Positions 50,767 to 61,642 of a DNA stretch of 64,000 bases are shown in pieces. The stretch is from positions 70,437 through 134,436 of the forward strand of contig DYQY01000002.1 in NCBI GenBank assembly GCA_020719045.1, written 5' to 3'. The notes beneath the pieces were generated by a model that ran no database searches, was not told where the DNA came from, and worked only from the letters and a program-made list of their open reading frames with translations. A program made the translations under genes and the position numbers. Source of the DNA: Candidatus Termititenax sp. (GTDB lineage Bacteria; Margulisbacteria; Riflemargulisbacteria; GWF2-35-9; DYQY01). Every line of letters starts with the position of its first letter. Position 1 is the stretch's first letter.

Positions 50767-52574
50767 ATTCTTCCCTCAACCTGATACTGCTTTGCCATTC
50801 TTAAATTATCTACAGCAGTAACATTATTTGGGTCCACCTGGATAGCTCTCTGAAAATACTCAATTGCCATATCAATGTCTCCCTTTTTACCATAAGCTAA
50901 GCCAATATTGTTATATAAGCCTGAATGTCTAGGATTAATGATAATCCCCTGTCTGTAATAAAAAATAGCCTCATCAAGCCTACCCAACTTCTCCATAGCA
51001 ACTCCAATATTATTATAAGTTGCATCATACTTAGGTTCTTGTCTAATTGCCTTCTCAAAAAAACCAACCGCATCAATTAATCGATTCTCATGGATTGCTG
51101 CAATGCCTAAATTATTATAAATCCTATACAAGAGCGGATTGTTTGGGTCAGAATCAACTGCTTTTTGATAATATTTAATAGAGCCTTTTATATCACCTTT
51201 AGAAGACAATGCTGAACCAAGATTATTTAATACACTAAAATATGTTGGATTAATCTCTAAAGCTTGATGATAGACAGCTATCGCCTTATCCAATTGTCCC
51301 TTTTCGCTATATGAAAGCCCTAAATTATTAAAAATAAGGGGAGTACCAATCTCATACTTAAGCTGATGCTCAAACAAAGATATTGGTTCCTCCCAATAAG
51401 ACGCCTGAAGTTTTGCCAGTGGAACTTGAACAAAAATTAATATAACGACAATTACGGAATAAACAATTTCTCTGTTTTTATTTTTATTAACTAATTCATA
51501 CAACACCCAAGCAATAATTATACTTAACCCTATATAGGTGATATATGTATATCTATCTGCCATAGCTTGTGTTCCTACTTGCACTATCCCTATTACTGGC
51601 ACTAATGTACCTAAAAACCAAAACCAACCAACAATAAGATATTTTTTTGCCTTATGCTGCTGTAGGAAAAAGAGAGTAACAAAAGCAATTGCAATAAATG
51701 AAAAAATAAAAGCAAATATAGAAATATACTGATTGTAAGGATAAAAAACCACTAACGGGTGTGGCCAAAACAATTTACCGATATACTTAATAACTGCGAA
51801 CATTGCATTTTGTATTCTTAATAATATCGGGAATTGCGATACTGTCTGAACTGCTCCCATGCTCTGCTGTGCCCAAAAGGTTAATAATGAAGAAACTATG
51901 GTTAAAATGAAGAATGGTATCTTCTCAACAATAACCATTACCTTCAGTCTAGCTAAAGGCCAAAAATCCATAAGCAATAAAACAAATGGCAACGTAACAA
52001 GCATCGGCTTTGACATTAAACCCAAACCAAAAAAGACCAAAGTAACAACATAGCTAATCCACTTAATTACACCTCTGCCCTTAATGTATAAATAATACAT
52101 AATCATTGTTAAGAACAGAAAAAAAGCACTTAATACATCTTTTCGCTCGGCAATCCAAGCAACTGACTCAACGTGCGCTGGATGTAAGGCAAATATCACA
52201 CAAACCAATAAAGATGGCCACTTCATGCTAGTAAACAAATACAATAGAATAAATAACAAAAAAGTATTAACAATGTGAATTGCGACATTAACCACATGGT
52301 GACCAGCTGGATTAATACCAAAAACACTAAAATCAATCATATGAGATATCCAAGTAACTGGATGCCAGTTGTTTGAATGAACTGCTGTAAAACACCAAGT
52401 TAAACTTTCAATGTTTATACCCTTCTGAATATTGTAGTTTTCAGAAACATATTCGTTGTCATCATAATTAACATAAAGGAATTTACTGACATCAGAATAG
52501 ACATAAATACTGGTAATAACCAAAGCTACAAAGCAATAAATAAATAGTAAATTTCTTTTAATTTTATTAATCAT
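50763..52574 (-). CDS. TMTC-like GT-C membrane glycosyltransferase with C-terminal TPRs
   Basis: NYDDNEYV, NWHPVTWISH, LHPAHVESVAWIAERKD, ADRYTY, several NNLG TPR repeats. Confidence 0.85.
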   Translation of the reverse strand: MINKIKRNLLFIYCFVALVITSIYVYSDVSKFLYVNYDDNEYVSENYNIQKGINIESLTWCFTAVHSNNWHPVTWISHMIDFSVFGINPAGHHVVNVAIHIVNTFLLFILLYLFTSMKWPSLLVCVIFALHPAHVESVAWIAERKDVLSAFFLFLTMIMYYLYIKGRGVIKWISYVVTLVFFGLGLMSKPMLVTLPFVLLLMDFWPLARLKVMVIVEKIPFFILTIVSSLLTFWAQQSMGAVQTVSQFPILLRIQNAMFAVIKYIGKLFWPHPLVVFYPYNQYISIFAFIFSFIAIAFVTLFFLQQHKAKKYLIVGWFWFLGTLVPVIGIVQVGTQAMADRYTYITYIGLSIIIAWVLYELVNKNKNREIVYSVIVVILIFVQVPLAKLQASYWEEPISLFEHQLKYEIGTPLIFNNLGLSYSEKGQLDKAIAVYHQALEINPTYFSVLNNLGSALSSKGDIKGSIKYYQKAVDSDPNNPLLYRIYNNLGIAAIHENRLIDAVGFFEKAIRQEPKYDATYNNIGVAMEKLGRLDEAIFYYRQGIIINPRHSGLYNNIGLAYGKKGDIDMAIEYFQRAIQVDPNNVTAVDNLRMAKQYQVEGRM

Positions 52575-52596
52575 TACCTAATTATCATACCAAAAG

Positions 52597-52625
52597 TATG
52601 CAACTTTCTACAGCACCTTTCGATA
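52597..52625 (+). promoter_or_regulatory. Sigma28-like promoter candidate
   Basis: TATGCAAC-N14-TTCGATA; identical boxes and spacing at 63742. Confidence 0.5.
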
Positions 52626-52633
52626 TATTAACC

Positions 52634-53503
52634 ATGTACAATAAAATAATCTCTTGTAATTCCCCATCTGTAAGCAAACTTGACTCTGGCAAGCTTTGGA
52701 AGTTTCAGTCAAAACACAAAGCATTAGATTTGCTTCCACTACATCAATTAATACTACTACTTGGGCATTTTATACACCTAATCTCAATAGAGGTACATTT
52801 ATTAATACACGAACACCAAAGCACTCTAGAGCATTTTCTTAATAAAGTAATTGAGAGTACCTTTGATAAATATATTCAGTCCAAAATATCTGAGCGACTT
52901 ATTACTAACTTAAAAATTAATCATGACATGATTAAACAAGAAATAATTAAAAGCATAGGCAATCAAAGTAATACTGAAAAAATTAAATTATATAAAGCAT
53001 GCAAAAAGCAGGACGTTAATGCTTTATTAGAAAATATTCGAAACAACAAAACAGAAGAAAAATTATTACCCATGTATTATCTATTTCTAATTACATTGTC
53101 AATCAAAGATGACAAAAAATTAATTAATATGTCAGAAATATTAATTAATTTATCTTCTTGTGAGGAATTTCAAACTAATCCTTGTTTAAAAGGTTTGTTA
53201 ATCCTCTGCTTAATCCAACAAAACTTCAGCATTTCCGATGCTGAAATAATTCTTAAGAACTTAAAAGTATCAGGCGCTGGAGCCCATTTTATGCTTTTTC
53301 ATTATCTAGAATTATCATTGAAACACGATAATTATAATCAAGCACTAAACTTTGCTAACACATTAAAAAATAGAAATTTCCAAAAGAATGAATTGGATAT
53401 CTTGATGAATATGCCTTACTTAAAGCAACACAACATTACAAATTTAAATGAGTTAATCAGTTTATTAGAAGAAAAAATCAAAGAAGCGATTCCGCAACCT
53501 TAA
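52634..53503 (+). CDS. Orphan helical hypothetical protein
   Basis: Long open frame against the local strand bias; start placed at ATG 52634 downstream of the promoter motif. Confidence 0.6.
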   Translation: MYNKIISCNSPSVSKLDSGKLWKFQSKHKALDLLPLHQLILLLGHFIHLISIEVHLLIHEHQSTLEHFLNKVIESTFDKYIQSKISERLITNLKINHDMIKQEIIKSIGNQSNTEKIKLYKACKKQDVNALLENIRNNKTEEKLLPMYYLFLITLSIKDDKKLINMSEILINLSSCEEFQTNPCLKGLLILCLIQQNFSISDAEIILKNLKVSGAGAHFMLFHYLELSLKHDNYNQALNFANTLKNRNFQKNELDILMNMPYLKQHNITNLNELISLLEEKIKEAIPQP

Positions 53504-55001
53504 TCCCATCTACAGCGCTAGAAATAATTCCACCACTGTGACCACTGCCTTCTCCTATAACATATAGGTTATCAAAACCAAAACAACGCAAACTATCATC
53601 ACGCAAGACTTGAATAGGTGATGATGTCTTACTTTCAAGCCCCATAATTTGCCCTTCTTCAAAACCTTTCATTTTACGACTAAAATCAACTAAACCAGAC
53701 CTCATAGCCTCGCTTAACTTACTAGGAAACATTTCCCATAATACTGTAGGCTCAAGCCCTAATGGATAACTAGTAGCCGTTAAAGGCAACGATTCTTTTT
53801 CCTTTATAAAATCAAAAATACTACAAGCTGGTATTTTGTAACTATTCGTTTTCTTAAAAAATGATTGTTCTAATTGATCTATCCAATCCAAAGACTCTAG
53901 TGGACTAACTTCTTTTTGTAATAAATCCTTTAAATCAACAGCTACCACACAAGCAGAATTTGCGAACTGTCCACTCCTGCTAAAATAACTCATTCCATTA
54001 ACAACACTACTACCTGCAACTGATGTTGAGGGGACTATTATCCCTCCAGGACACATACAAAAAGAATACACAGACAAACTATCAGAAGAATTATACGTTA
54101 GTCTGTACTCTGCAGAACTAACACTAGGAAGCGTTTCTCTGCCCCACTGAGCTTTATTTATTAAGGACTGAGGATGCTCAACTCTAGAACCGATTGCAAA
54201 ATTTTTGTTATTAAACTTTACCCCACGATTAATAAGCATCCTATAAGTAGAATAAGAAGAATGTCCTGGTGCAACAAAATAATAATCAGCAACTATGACA
54301 CCTTTGCTTGTCTTAGCCTCAACAACTTTACCATTCTTAACAACAATATCTTCCAGTGCTGTCTCGAACTCAATCTTTCCACCTATTTCCTGAAACCTTT
54401 CTCTAAGTTTTTTGACAAGTGTAATAAGGTTATCACTACCTAAATGTGGATGAGATAAATAAGCGATTTCTTCTGGCGCACCTGCCTCAATATAGCTATC
54501 TAAAACAAATTGTTTTTCCTGAGAAGCATGCTTACTTCTAGCAGTTAATTTGCCATCTGAAAATGTTCCTGCGCCACCCTCACCAGTAGCATAGTTTGCT
54601 AAAACATCAAACTGACCTGTGGATTCAAAATTTTTAATTGCACTAGCTCTAGCGATTACCTCTTTGCCTTGTTCAATTATAGTTGTCTGAAACCCTGCTT
54701 TTTGTAAAACATAAGCAGAGAAAAAACCAGCTGGACCACTCCCAACAACTAAAACTTTTTGTGATCTTTTCTTATAAGGAATATTTAGTTTAGCTGGTTT
54801 TGGTGAAAATCCTTTAATTGATTTAGCAAACACCTCAACATTAATCTGCCAATGTATATTTCCTTTGTTTCTAGCATCTAAACTTTTTGTTTCAATATTA
54901 TAAATAAACTCAGACAACCGAATTTTCTTTGCTATCTTTGTGCGCAAATCTTCATCTGTATAGTCAGTCGGTAAATTAAAACTAAGTTTTTGGTATCCCA
55001 T
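53478..55001 (-). CDS. FAD-dependent oxidoreductase (uncharacterised family)
   Basis: VVGSGPAG, GEGGAGTFSDGKL, FCMCPGG, GEGSGHSGGIISSAVDG. Confidence 0.9.
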   Translation of the reverse strand: MGYQKLSFNLPTDYTDEDLRTKIAKKIRLSEFIYNIETKSLDARNKGNIHWQINVEVFAKSIKGFSPKPAKLNIPYKKRSQKVLVVGSGPAGFFSAYVLQKAGFQTTIIEQGKEVIARASAIKNFESTGQFDVLANYATGEGGAGTFSDGKLTARSKHASQEKQFVLDSYIEAGAPEEIAYLSHPHLGSDNLITLVKKLRERFQEIGGKIEFETALEDIVVKNGKVVEAKTSKGVIVADYYFVAPGHSSYSTYRMLINRGVKFNNKNFAIGSRVEHPQSLINKAQWGRETLPSVSSAEYRLTYNSSDSLSVYSFCMCPGGIIVPSTSVAGSSVVNGMSYFSRSGQFANSACVVAVDLKDLLQKEVSPLESLDWIDQLEQSFFKKTNSYKIPACSIFDFIKEKESLPLTATSYPLGLEPTVLWEMFPSKLSEAMRSGLVDFSRKMKGFEEGQIMGLESKTSSPIQVLRDDSLRCFGFDNLYVIGEGSGHSGGIISSAVDGIKVAESLL

Positions 55002-55003
55002 AC

Positions 55004-55771
55004 TTAGCTCACCAACTCGTACAGAATTATTCCTGCAGCAACAGCAACATTTAATGATTCCATCTCGGATGACATTTTAATATTAATAAATTTGTCTGTT
55101 ATTTTTTCAATTTCTGCACTCACGCCATGTGACTCACTACCAAGAACTAAACAAAAATGTTTTGCTTGTTTCATGGACTTTAAATTCTCACCTTGTTTCA
55201 CATTAGTTGAAATAGTTGGCATTTTCTCTTTAATCTTCTTTATTAAATCTAAACTCTTATTATCTTCTTCTATGTTCAGTTTAAATATAGCATCCTTGCT
55301 TGAATTCACTGTCTTAGGATTATACAAATCAACACAACGACTATCTACCACAACATTCCTTAATCCAAAAGCAATTGCAGTTCTAAGTATTGTCCCTAAG
55401 TTCCCTGGATCACTTACTCCATTCAAATATAAAACAGAACTCGTCATGTCTATCTTAGATGAAACCTTCTTATAAACCGCACAAATCCCAGAAGGAGTAT
55501 CAAGCACTGAAAAAGCTTTATTAATCTTCTCATCTATCACAAAATAGTTAGTCAAAAGCTTAGTAATTGCAATGACTTTATCATTATTCTTACTTAAAAG
55601 TTCCTTAGTTATATATACTGTCTCTGGCTTAATCCCTTGAGCTAATGCATCATGGATAGTTACCAAATTCTCAACCAAAAACTTTCCAAACTTATCTCTA
55701 TATTTCTTTTGAGACAATCTACTTAAAAAATTAATTTTCTCATTAGACTTACTGGTTATAATATTTTGCAT
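55004..55771 (-). CDS. TrmH/SpoU family RNA methyltransferase
   Basis: DPGNLGTILRT, GSESHG, ESLNVAVAAGI; true start 55771. Confidence 0.93.
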   Translation of the reverse strand: MQNIITSKSNEKINFLSRLSQKKYRDKFGKFLVENLVTIHDALAQGIKPETVYITKELLSKNNDKVIAITKLLTNYFVIDEKINKAFSVLDTPSGICAVYKKVSSKIDMTSSVLYLNGVSDPGNLGTILRTAIAFGLRNVVVDSRCVDLYNPKTVNSSKDAIFKLNIEEDNKSLDLIKKIKEKMPTISTNVKQGENLKSMKQAKHFCLVLGSESHGVSAEIEKITDKFINIKMSSEMESLNVAVAAGIILYELVS

Positions 55772-55792
55772 AGGGATAGTATAGCACAAATC

Positions 55793-55869
55793 TGGGGTGA
55801 CTGATGGGGTTTGAACCCACGACAACCGGAACCACAATCCGGGGCTCTACCAACTGAGCTACAGCCACC
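55793..55869 (-). tRNA. tRNA-His(GTG)
   Basis: G-1 + GTGGCTGTAGCTCAG...CCGGATTGTGGTTCCGG...CCCCA. Confidence 0.96.
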
Positions 55870-55882
55870 ATAATAAAAAAAT

Positions 55883-55959
55883 TGGCGCGCCCGAGACGAT
55901 TCGAACGTCTGGCCTACGGCTTAGAAGGCCGTTGCTCTATCCAGCTGAGCTACGGGCGC
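55883..55959 (-). tRNA. tRNA-Arg(TCT)
   Basis: GCGCCCGTAGCTCAGCTGGATAGAGCAACGGCCTTCTAAGCCGT...CGCCA. Confidence 0.96.
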
Positions 55960-55999
55960 TCTTGAAACTAATAACTAAAAAAAGACCTGAATCTTTTAG

Positions 56000-56075
56000 T
56001 GGAGCGGGAGACCAGTCTCGAACTGGCGACCCCCAGCTTGGAAGGCTAGTGCTCTACCAACTGAGCTACTCCCGC
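56000..56075 (-). tRNA. tRNA-Gly(TCC)
   Basis: GCGGGAGTAGCTCAGTTGGTAGAGCACTAGCCTTCCAAGCTGG...CTCCA. Confidence 0.96.
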
Positions 56076-56147
56076 ACACACACCTGTTGTTTTCACAACC
56101 GGCACAATATTATAACATGTCTACCAGATTTGAAAATACTCAAATCA

Positions 56148-57500
56148 CTATACTTTTGGTAGCTTCAATAGTGCTTTCTTAATCTCATCTTCAGGGTACT
56201 CAAAATCCTCAAGCTTATTCTCGAAATACTTCTGATATGAAGTCATATCAAAATGACCATGACCTGAACAATTAAATAAAATAGTTCTTTCTTTACCTTC
56301 TTCTTTAGCTTTTAGGGCTTCTTCGATAGCACCTTTAACTGCATGAGCTGTCTCTGGGGCTACAATATGACCTTCTGTTTTTGCAAAAAGAATAGCAGCA
56401 TCAAACACTGGTTTCTGATGATAAGCAACTGCTTCTACTAAATTTTCTTGAACTAATTTTGATACTATTGGAGCCATTCCATGATATCTTAATCCTCCAG
56501 CATGAATAGATGCAGGAACAAAATCATGCCCCAATGTATGCATCTTTACTACTGGTGCCATCTTTGCAGTATCTCCATAATCATATGCATAAATACCTTT
56601 TGTAAGTGTAGGACAGGCTGTTGGCTCTACGGCAACTAATCGCACATTCTTTGAACCATGAATTTTATCATAAGCAAATGGAGTAGCTATTCCGCCAAAA
56701 TTAGAACCACCACCAACACAACCAATAACTACATCCGGATAATCTCCAACTTTCTTAAACTGTTCCTTACACTCTAAACCAATGACAGATTGATGTAACA
56801 ATACATGATTAAGTACTGAACCTAACGCATAGTTTGTATCTTTATTCTTAAGCGCAACCTCTACTGCCTCACTTATTGCAATCCCTAATGAACCAGGACA
56901 ATTAGGGTCTTCTTTTAATATATTTCTACCAGAATCTGTTGTATTTGAAGGAGATGAAATACATTTACCGCCCCAAGTCTCCATCATAAGCCTTCTTGAA
57001 GGCTTCATGTCATAACTACACTTAACCATATACACCAATACTTCTATTCCAAACATACTTCCAGCTAAGCTAAGAGAACTACCCCACTGACCTGCGCCTG
57101 TCTCAGTTGATAATTTATTGATACCTTCTTTTTTATTATAATAAGCTTGAGCAATAGCAGTATTTGGTTTATGCGAGCCTGCTGGTGATACACCCTCCCA
57201 TTTATAATAAATCTTGGCTGGTGTTCCTAATGCTTGCTCCAACCCATAAGCCCTATACATTGGTGACGGTCTCCAAATAGATAATTTATCCATAACTTCT
57301 GAAGGAATATCAATCCATCTTTGTGATGACATCTCCTGCTCAATTAGTGCCATAGGAAATATTGCAGACAATAAATCTGGTGTAGCAGGCTCTAATGTTA
57401 CTGGATGTAATGGTGGGTCTATTGGACTACTTAAATCAGCTAAAATATTGTACCATTGCTTTGGCATTTCTTTTTCAGTAAGTGTAATTTTTCTTTCCAT
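56148..57500 (-). CDS. trpB2: TrpB2-type tryptophan synthase beta-like PLP enzyme
   Basis: PKQWYN, SPAGSHKPNTA, TETGAGQWG, HAGGLRYHG, SGHGHFD. Confidence 0.95.
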   Translation of the reverse strand: MERKITLTEKEMPKQWYNILADLSSPIDPPLHPVTLEPATPDLLSAIFPMALIEQEMSSQRWIDIPSEVMDKLSIWRPSPMYRAYGLEQALGTPAKIYYKWEGVSPAGSHKPNTAIAQAYYNKKEGINKLSTETGAGQWGSSLSLAGSMFGIEVLVYMVKCSYDMKPSRRLMMETWGGKCISSPSNTTDSGRNILKEDPNCPGSLGIAISEAVEVALKNKDTNYALGSVLNHVLLHQSVIGLECKEQFKKVGDYPDVVIGCVGGGSNFGGIATPFAYDKIHGSKNVRLVAVEPTACPTLTKGIYAYDYGDTAKMAPVVKMHTLGHDFVPASIHAGGLRYHGMAPIVSKLVQENLVEAVAYHQKPVFDAAILFAKTEGHIVAPETAHAVKGAIEEALKAKEEGKERTILFNCSGHGHFDMTSYQKYFENKLEDFEYPEDEIKKALLKLPKV

Positions 57501-57604
57501 GCTCAACTCCTAAAATATTATGATATTATTATGTTACTGTAGACAGTATCGTTTGTCTAGAAAGCCCAAAACAATTCTCATCAATAATTTTATAAATCGA
57601 CAAC

Positions 57605-57633
57605 TTGCCAATCTAACTGTTTATAGCTACAAT
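57605..57633 (+). promoter_or_regulatory. Sigma70 promoter of tRNA-Pro
   Basis: TTGCCA-N17-TACAAT. Confidence 0.6.
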
Positions 57634-57653
57634 ATCCTTTGCATTTTAAAAGT

Positions 57654-57731
57654 CGGGGTATAGCGCAGTCCGGTTAGCGCACTTGTTTTGGGAACAAGGG
57701 GCCGCAAGTTCGAATCTTGCTACCCCGACCA
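57654..57731 (+). tRNA. tRNA-Pro(TGG)
   Basis: CGGGGTATAGCGCAGTCCGGTTAGCGCACTTGTTTTGGGAACAAG...TTCGAAT...CCGACCA. Confidence 0.96.
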
Positions 57732-57761
57732 TTTTAAAAGATGCATGTTATACTTACCTAT

Positions 57762-58337
57762 ATGGAAAAAAATCAAATTACTATAGCTCCCGTTAACAAT
57801 ACTCCAATAGATTTTATTGCACATAGCAAAATGCTATTACCAGAAATAGCCACACTTCTACCTACTGATATTTATCACACCAAAACAATCGCAACGATAA
57901 TTGGAATGATTGCGGAAAACAATAAACATAATGAAAACAACAAAATAAGCATCATAATTGAAAAGGATGATACCAATCTAAAAATAACCGCAAATGACGA
58001 AGGACCAGGATTTAGCGCACCAATATTAACCTGTATAAAGGAAAGCTTCACAACCTACACCAAAAGCGCCGGACAAGGGCTATTTTCGCTTCTACTTATT
58101 ACTATTTCCTGCAATGGAACTATTATTATTGAAAGCAAAAAGATGAAAGAAAAATACTCCTTTCAAAAGGCTATTCAAAACAACACACAACAAATAATGA
58201 TTGATGATGTTATTTCAGCCATCAAGGCAAATTATGAAAATAAAGAATACGGATTAATAACTAAGATTATAATACCTCTTAACAGTCTAAATAAACAAAC
58301 AGCTCATCTAAACCTTGACTCATATATTAACTGGTAA
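57762..58337 (+). CDS. Stand-alone GHKL/HATPase-like protein (anti-sigma kinase-like, divergent)
   Basis: ITANDEGPGF (G1 box), SAGQGL (G2 box), AENNKH (N-box-like). Confidence 0.6.
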   Translation: MEKNQITIAPVNNTPIDFIAHSKMLLPEIATLLPTDIYHTKTIATIIGMIAENNKHNENNKISIIIEKDDTNLKITANDEGPGFSAPILTCIKESFTTYTKSAGQGLFSLLLITISCNGTIIIESKKMKEKYSFQKAIQNNTQQIMIDDVISAIKANYENKEYGLITKIIIPLNSLNKQTAHLNLDSYINW

Positions 58338-58356
58338 CGACAAACCAAGTAGGTAA

Positions 58357-60366
58357 TTAACTCTCTAAAACGTCTTTTAATGTCTGAGACAATCTTCTAA
58401 TGTTTTGAATTAATTTAACATTCATATCAGTAGCTTGGGTCAAATCAAAAGCTGAAGCAGATACTTCTCCTGCAATAGCATTATTGCCACATGCAATATT
58501 CTCAATCTCTTTTGTTTCTAAAAGCATCTGTTCAGTACTAGCTTGAATAAGATCTAACTCATCAATACTCTTTGAAAAAATCTCTGAAACACCTGTTGAA
58601 CTATCAGCAATTGCTTTAGAAGAATCAGCCAATGATTTAATTGAAACAGAATTCTCATCTACAGAAGCAAACAATTGTTCAGTTATACGCATTACACTAT
58701 CAAAGCTACTAGACATGGTTTCTGAGGCACTATAGATACTCTCAACCATACTAACTGTATTATCAACAGCATCTATTATATTTAACAATGCGACTTTAGC
58801 ATTTTCCGTTTGTGTAACCCCATGTTCTACCTGAACATTGCTCTTATCCATAGACTCAACAGCCTCTTTAGTAATCTTTTGGATGGTATATAGAAGGTCA
58901 GCTATCTCTTTTGTGGCCTTTCCAGACTTCTCTGCAAGCTTCCTTACCTCATCAGCGACAACAACGAAGCCTACCCCAGCCTCTCCAGCTCTTGCTGCTT
59001 CTATTGCAGCATTAAGCGCTAGTAAGTTAGTTTGGTCTGCTATATCGTCAATAATATCAATTATGTCTTCTATCCGCTTTGAATACTGTGCCAAATCGCT
59101 AATTTTCTTCGAAGAATCTAAAACAATATTTCTAATATCATTCATTTCTTGATGAATGTTTTCAACACTTATCTTCCCTTTTTCTGCTACCTCAGCTGAG
59201 GCGATTGAACTGTTATAAACATTTTTTGTATTGTCTTTGATTTTATTAACTGCCTCGAGAGTACCTGACATATTATCACTTGTAAGCTCTATTTTATCTC
59301 TCTGAATCTGAGCATTTTCATTTAATATTTGTATTAACTTATTAGTATTTTGTAAGGCAATAGTATTATTCTGAACGCTTTGATTTTGGACCTTAACATT
59401 ATCATTAATATTTTTCACACTCTGACCTACTTGATCAATTGCACCAGTAACAGTTGTTAGTCTATCGGTTTGAGACATCGCACCTTTTGCAACCTCTAGA
59501 AGTGCAGTCGTAAGCTTATGAAAATTAGCAGATATTTCAGAAACATTCTTCTCCAAAGAATCAAGATTCGCATGCAAATCATCTGACAAACTATTTGATT
59601 TATGAACAAATTCTTTAAAGTAAGCGACAAGTCTTAAATACTCATTTTTTAAAGGAACAAAAGTTGCACAAACATCAAACTTTGGCTCGTACTTAAGCAC
59701 ATTATCACATAAAGAAGTCATCTCATTTAAAAAACGTTTTACGTCGTATGCTACCCTTATTTTTTTAATTATTACATAGGAAATAATTGCCAAAACATAA
59801 CCAAATAAAGATAACACAAACAACAAAGAAATAGAATTGTCTTTGTCTTGAACATTTTTTGCAACAGAATCTGTACCAATAATAATACCACTTTCACTTA
59901 AAAGCTTAGCAACAGCTATTTTCCTAACAACCCCACCATTCTCAACGGAAGAATAATATATAACAGAAGCTTCACCTTTTTGCTTTACATTATTTATTAA
60001 CTCTTTCAAAAAGGGAGTGCCTTTTTGATCTTTAAACCCAGCAATTGTAAGCTTATTTATTAAATAGCCCATTGGATGATATAAAACTTTATCATATTTA
60101 CTTATTGCCCAAAAATACTTACTTCCTGACTTAAAATCTTTAATTAAAGCTATCTTGCCTTCTACGGAATTAATTCTATCTAAAGCACTTGAAAGTGAAT
60201 CAAGTTGTTCAATTACTTTTTCCTTAATAATTACATCATCATTTGAGCTGTGATGATTATTAATATGAAACAAAATGGTGAAGGTAAGAAATACAGAAAC
60301 ACCAACAAAAAGTATTGGAATAAAATAAAATAACTCATACTTTCTACAACTTAATTTATTAATCAA
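58357..60366 (-). CDS. Methyl-accepting chemotaxis protein with Cache-like sensor
   Basis: Two TM; YFW...HP...[43 protein letters not shown]. Confidence 0.95.
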   Translation of the reverse strand: MINKLSCRKYELFYFIPILFVGVSVFLTFTILFHINNHHSSNDDVIIKEKVIEQLDSLSSALDRINSVEGKIALIKDFKSGSKYFWAISKYDKVLYHPMGYLINKLTIAGFKDQKGTPFLKELINNVKQKGEASVIYYSSVENGGVVRKIAVAKLLSESGIIIGTDSVAKNVQDKDNSISLLFVLSLFGYVLAIISYVIIKKIRVAYDVKRFLNEMTSLCDNVLKYEPKFDVCATFVPLKNEYLRLVAYFKEFVHKSNSLSDDLHANLDSLEKNVSEISANFHKLTTALLEVAKGAMSQTDRLTTVTGAIDQVGQSVKNINDNVKVQNQSVQNNTIALQNTNKLIQILNENAQIQRDKIELTSDNMSGTLEAVNKIKDNTKNVYNSSIASAEVAEKGKISVENIHQEMNDIRNIVLDSSKKISDLAQYSKRIEDIIDIIDDIADQTNLLALNAAIEAARAGEAGVGFVVVADEVRKLAEKSGKATKEIADLLYTIQKITKEAVESMDKSNVQVEHGVTQTENAKVALLNIIDAVDNTVSMVESIYSASETMSSSFDSVMRITEQLFASVDENSVSIKSLADSSKAIADSSTGVSEIFSKSIDELDLIQASTEQMLLETKEIENIACGNNAIAGEVSASAFDLTQATDMNVKLIQNIRRLSQTLKDVLES

Positions 60367-60396
60367 AGTTTAGCCCCCATTAAAACCATCAATACT

Positions 60397-61245
60397 TTAT
60401 AGTTTAGTCAAAAAAAGGTACTCTGACAATGCTTCTGACCATTCTCTTACGTTATAACCTAACGTATCTTGTAACTTTTGATTACTAAATATGCTATACC
60501 TTGGTCTTTTAGCTTTTGAAATAAATTCTTCACTTGAAACAGGAAAACAATCTACCTTTATAGAACTTAACTCAAAAATCTTTTTAGCAAACTCATACCA
60601 AGAACAATGACCATTATTTACAGCATGAAAGATACCTTTAGCATCATTTTCAAGTAAATCAAGTGTCCATAAAGCCAAATCCTTTGCAAAAGTTGGACAA
60701 CCAACTTGGTCATTCACAACCCTTACTTCCCCTCTTTCTTTAGCAAGTCTCAGCATTGTTGAAACGAAATTTTTCCCATTACTACCATACAACCAGGCAG
60801 TCCTCAGAAGTAAGAAGTTTCCATTTCCCAACACTTCTTGTAAATACTCCTCACCACGAAGCTTACTCTTTCCATAAACACTAACAGGAGCAGCTGCAGC
60901 ATCTTCTAAGTATGGATTTTGAGCATCGCCTGAAAATACATAATCAGTAGAAAAATGAACTAACTTTGCTCCAAGGCTTAAAGCCAGCTCTGCAATATTC
61001 TTAACGCCATCAGCATTAACAGCAAACGCAACAGTACTGTCATCCTCTGCATTGTCTACAGCTGTATATGCTGCACAATTTATTATCACGTTGGGAACAT
61101 TTTTCTCTATAACCACTAATGAATCACTTTTAGTAATGTCTATTTCATTTATTGTATATGAAGAAAAATCAATCACTCTTTCTTTGCATAAAAGAACAAA
61201 TTCACTACCAAGCATCCCGTCAGCACCAATAATTGCTATTTTCAT
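60397..61245 (-). CDS. rfbD: dTDP-4-dehydrorhamnose reductase
   Basis: GADGMLG, AAYTAVD, STDYVF, YGKSK, DQVGCPT, AKRPRYS. Confidence 0.95.
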   Translation of the reverse strand: MKIAIIGADGMLGSEFVLLCKERVIDFSSYTINEIDITKSDSLVVIEKNVPNVIINCAAYTAVDNAEDDSTVAFAVNADGVKNIAELALSLGAKLVHFSTDYVFSGDAQNPYLEDAAAAPVSVYGKSKLRGEEYLQEVLGNGNFLLLRTAWLYGSNGKNFVSTMLRLAKERGEVRVVNDQVGCPTFAKDLALWTLDLLENDAKGIFHAVNNGHCSWYEFAKKIFELSSIKVDCFPVSSEEFISKAKRPRYSIFSNQKLQDTLGYNVREWSEALSEYLFLTKL

Positions 61246-61246
61246 A

Positions 61247-61642
61247 CTATCTCCTCATCATCATCTTAAGGTATTTCTCTCTACCTTTTTCTTTTTTTTC
61301 ATTTACTATATCAAGATAAGCATTATTCAATGCACTCTCATCCTTAACCTTACTTTTCCTTGGCGAATATTTATTTACAAGTATTTCTTTATATTTTAGC
61401 CTAACCTTCAAAAACCCTGAGTCACCAATTTCTTTTGTATTCTCACCTTTAATAATATCAACCCATTTATCCTTATGCGCATACAAGGTATTTAGCACGC
61501 ACTCCCTTAATGCCCCTGTTCCTTTACCATGGATAATAACAAGCTCAGTAATCCCTTTTGTGTTAAGCAGCTCTCGCTCAAGCATAACCTCAGCTTGCTC
61601 GCAATATAGCCCATGCAAATCTATTTCTCTTCTTGTCATCAA
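61247..61642 (-). CDS. Stand-alone Smr domain protein
   Basis: IDLHGL, IIHGKGTGALR. Confidence 0.85.
   Translation of the reverse strand: MMTRREIDLHGLYCEQAEVMLERELLNTKGITELVIIHGKGTGALRECVLNTLYAHKDKWVDIIKGENTKEIGDSGFLKVRLKYKEILVNKYSPRKSKVKDESALNNAYLDIVNEKKEKGREKYLKMMMRR

Noticed and set aside
55772..55837. N-terminal extension of TrmH
   Set aside because: Overlaps tRNA-His; the real start is 55771.
55932..56162. 76-aa ORF
   Set aside because: Antisense to tRNA-Arg and tRNA-Gly.
57654..58350. Integrated element or prophage at tRNA-Pro
   Set aside because: No integrase and no duplicated tRNA 3' end seen.
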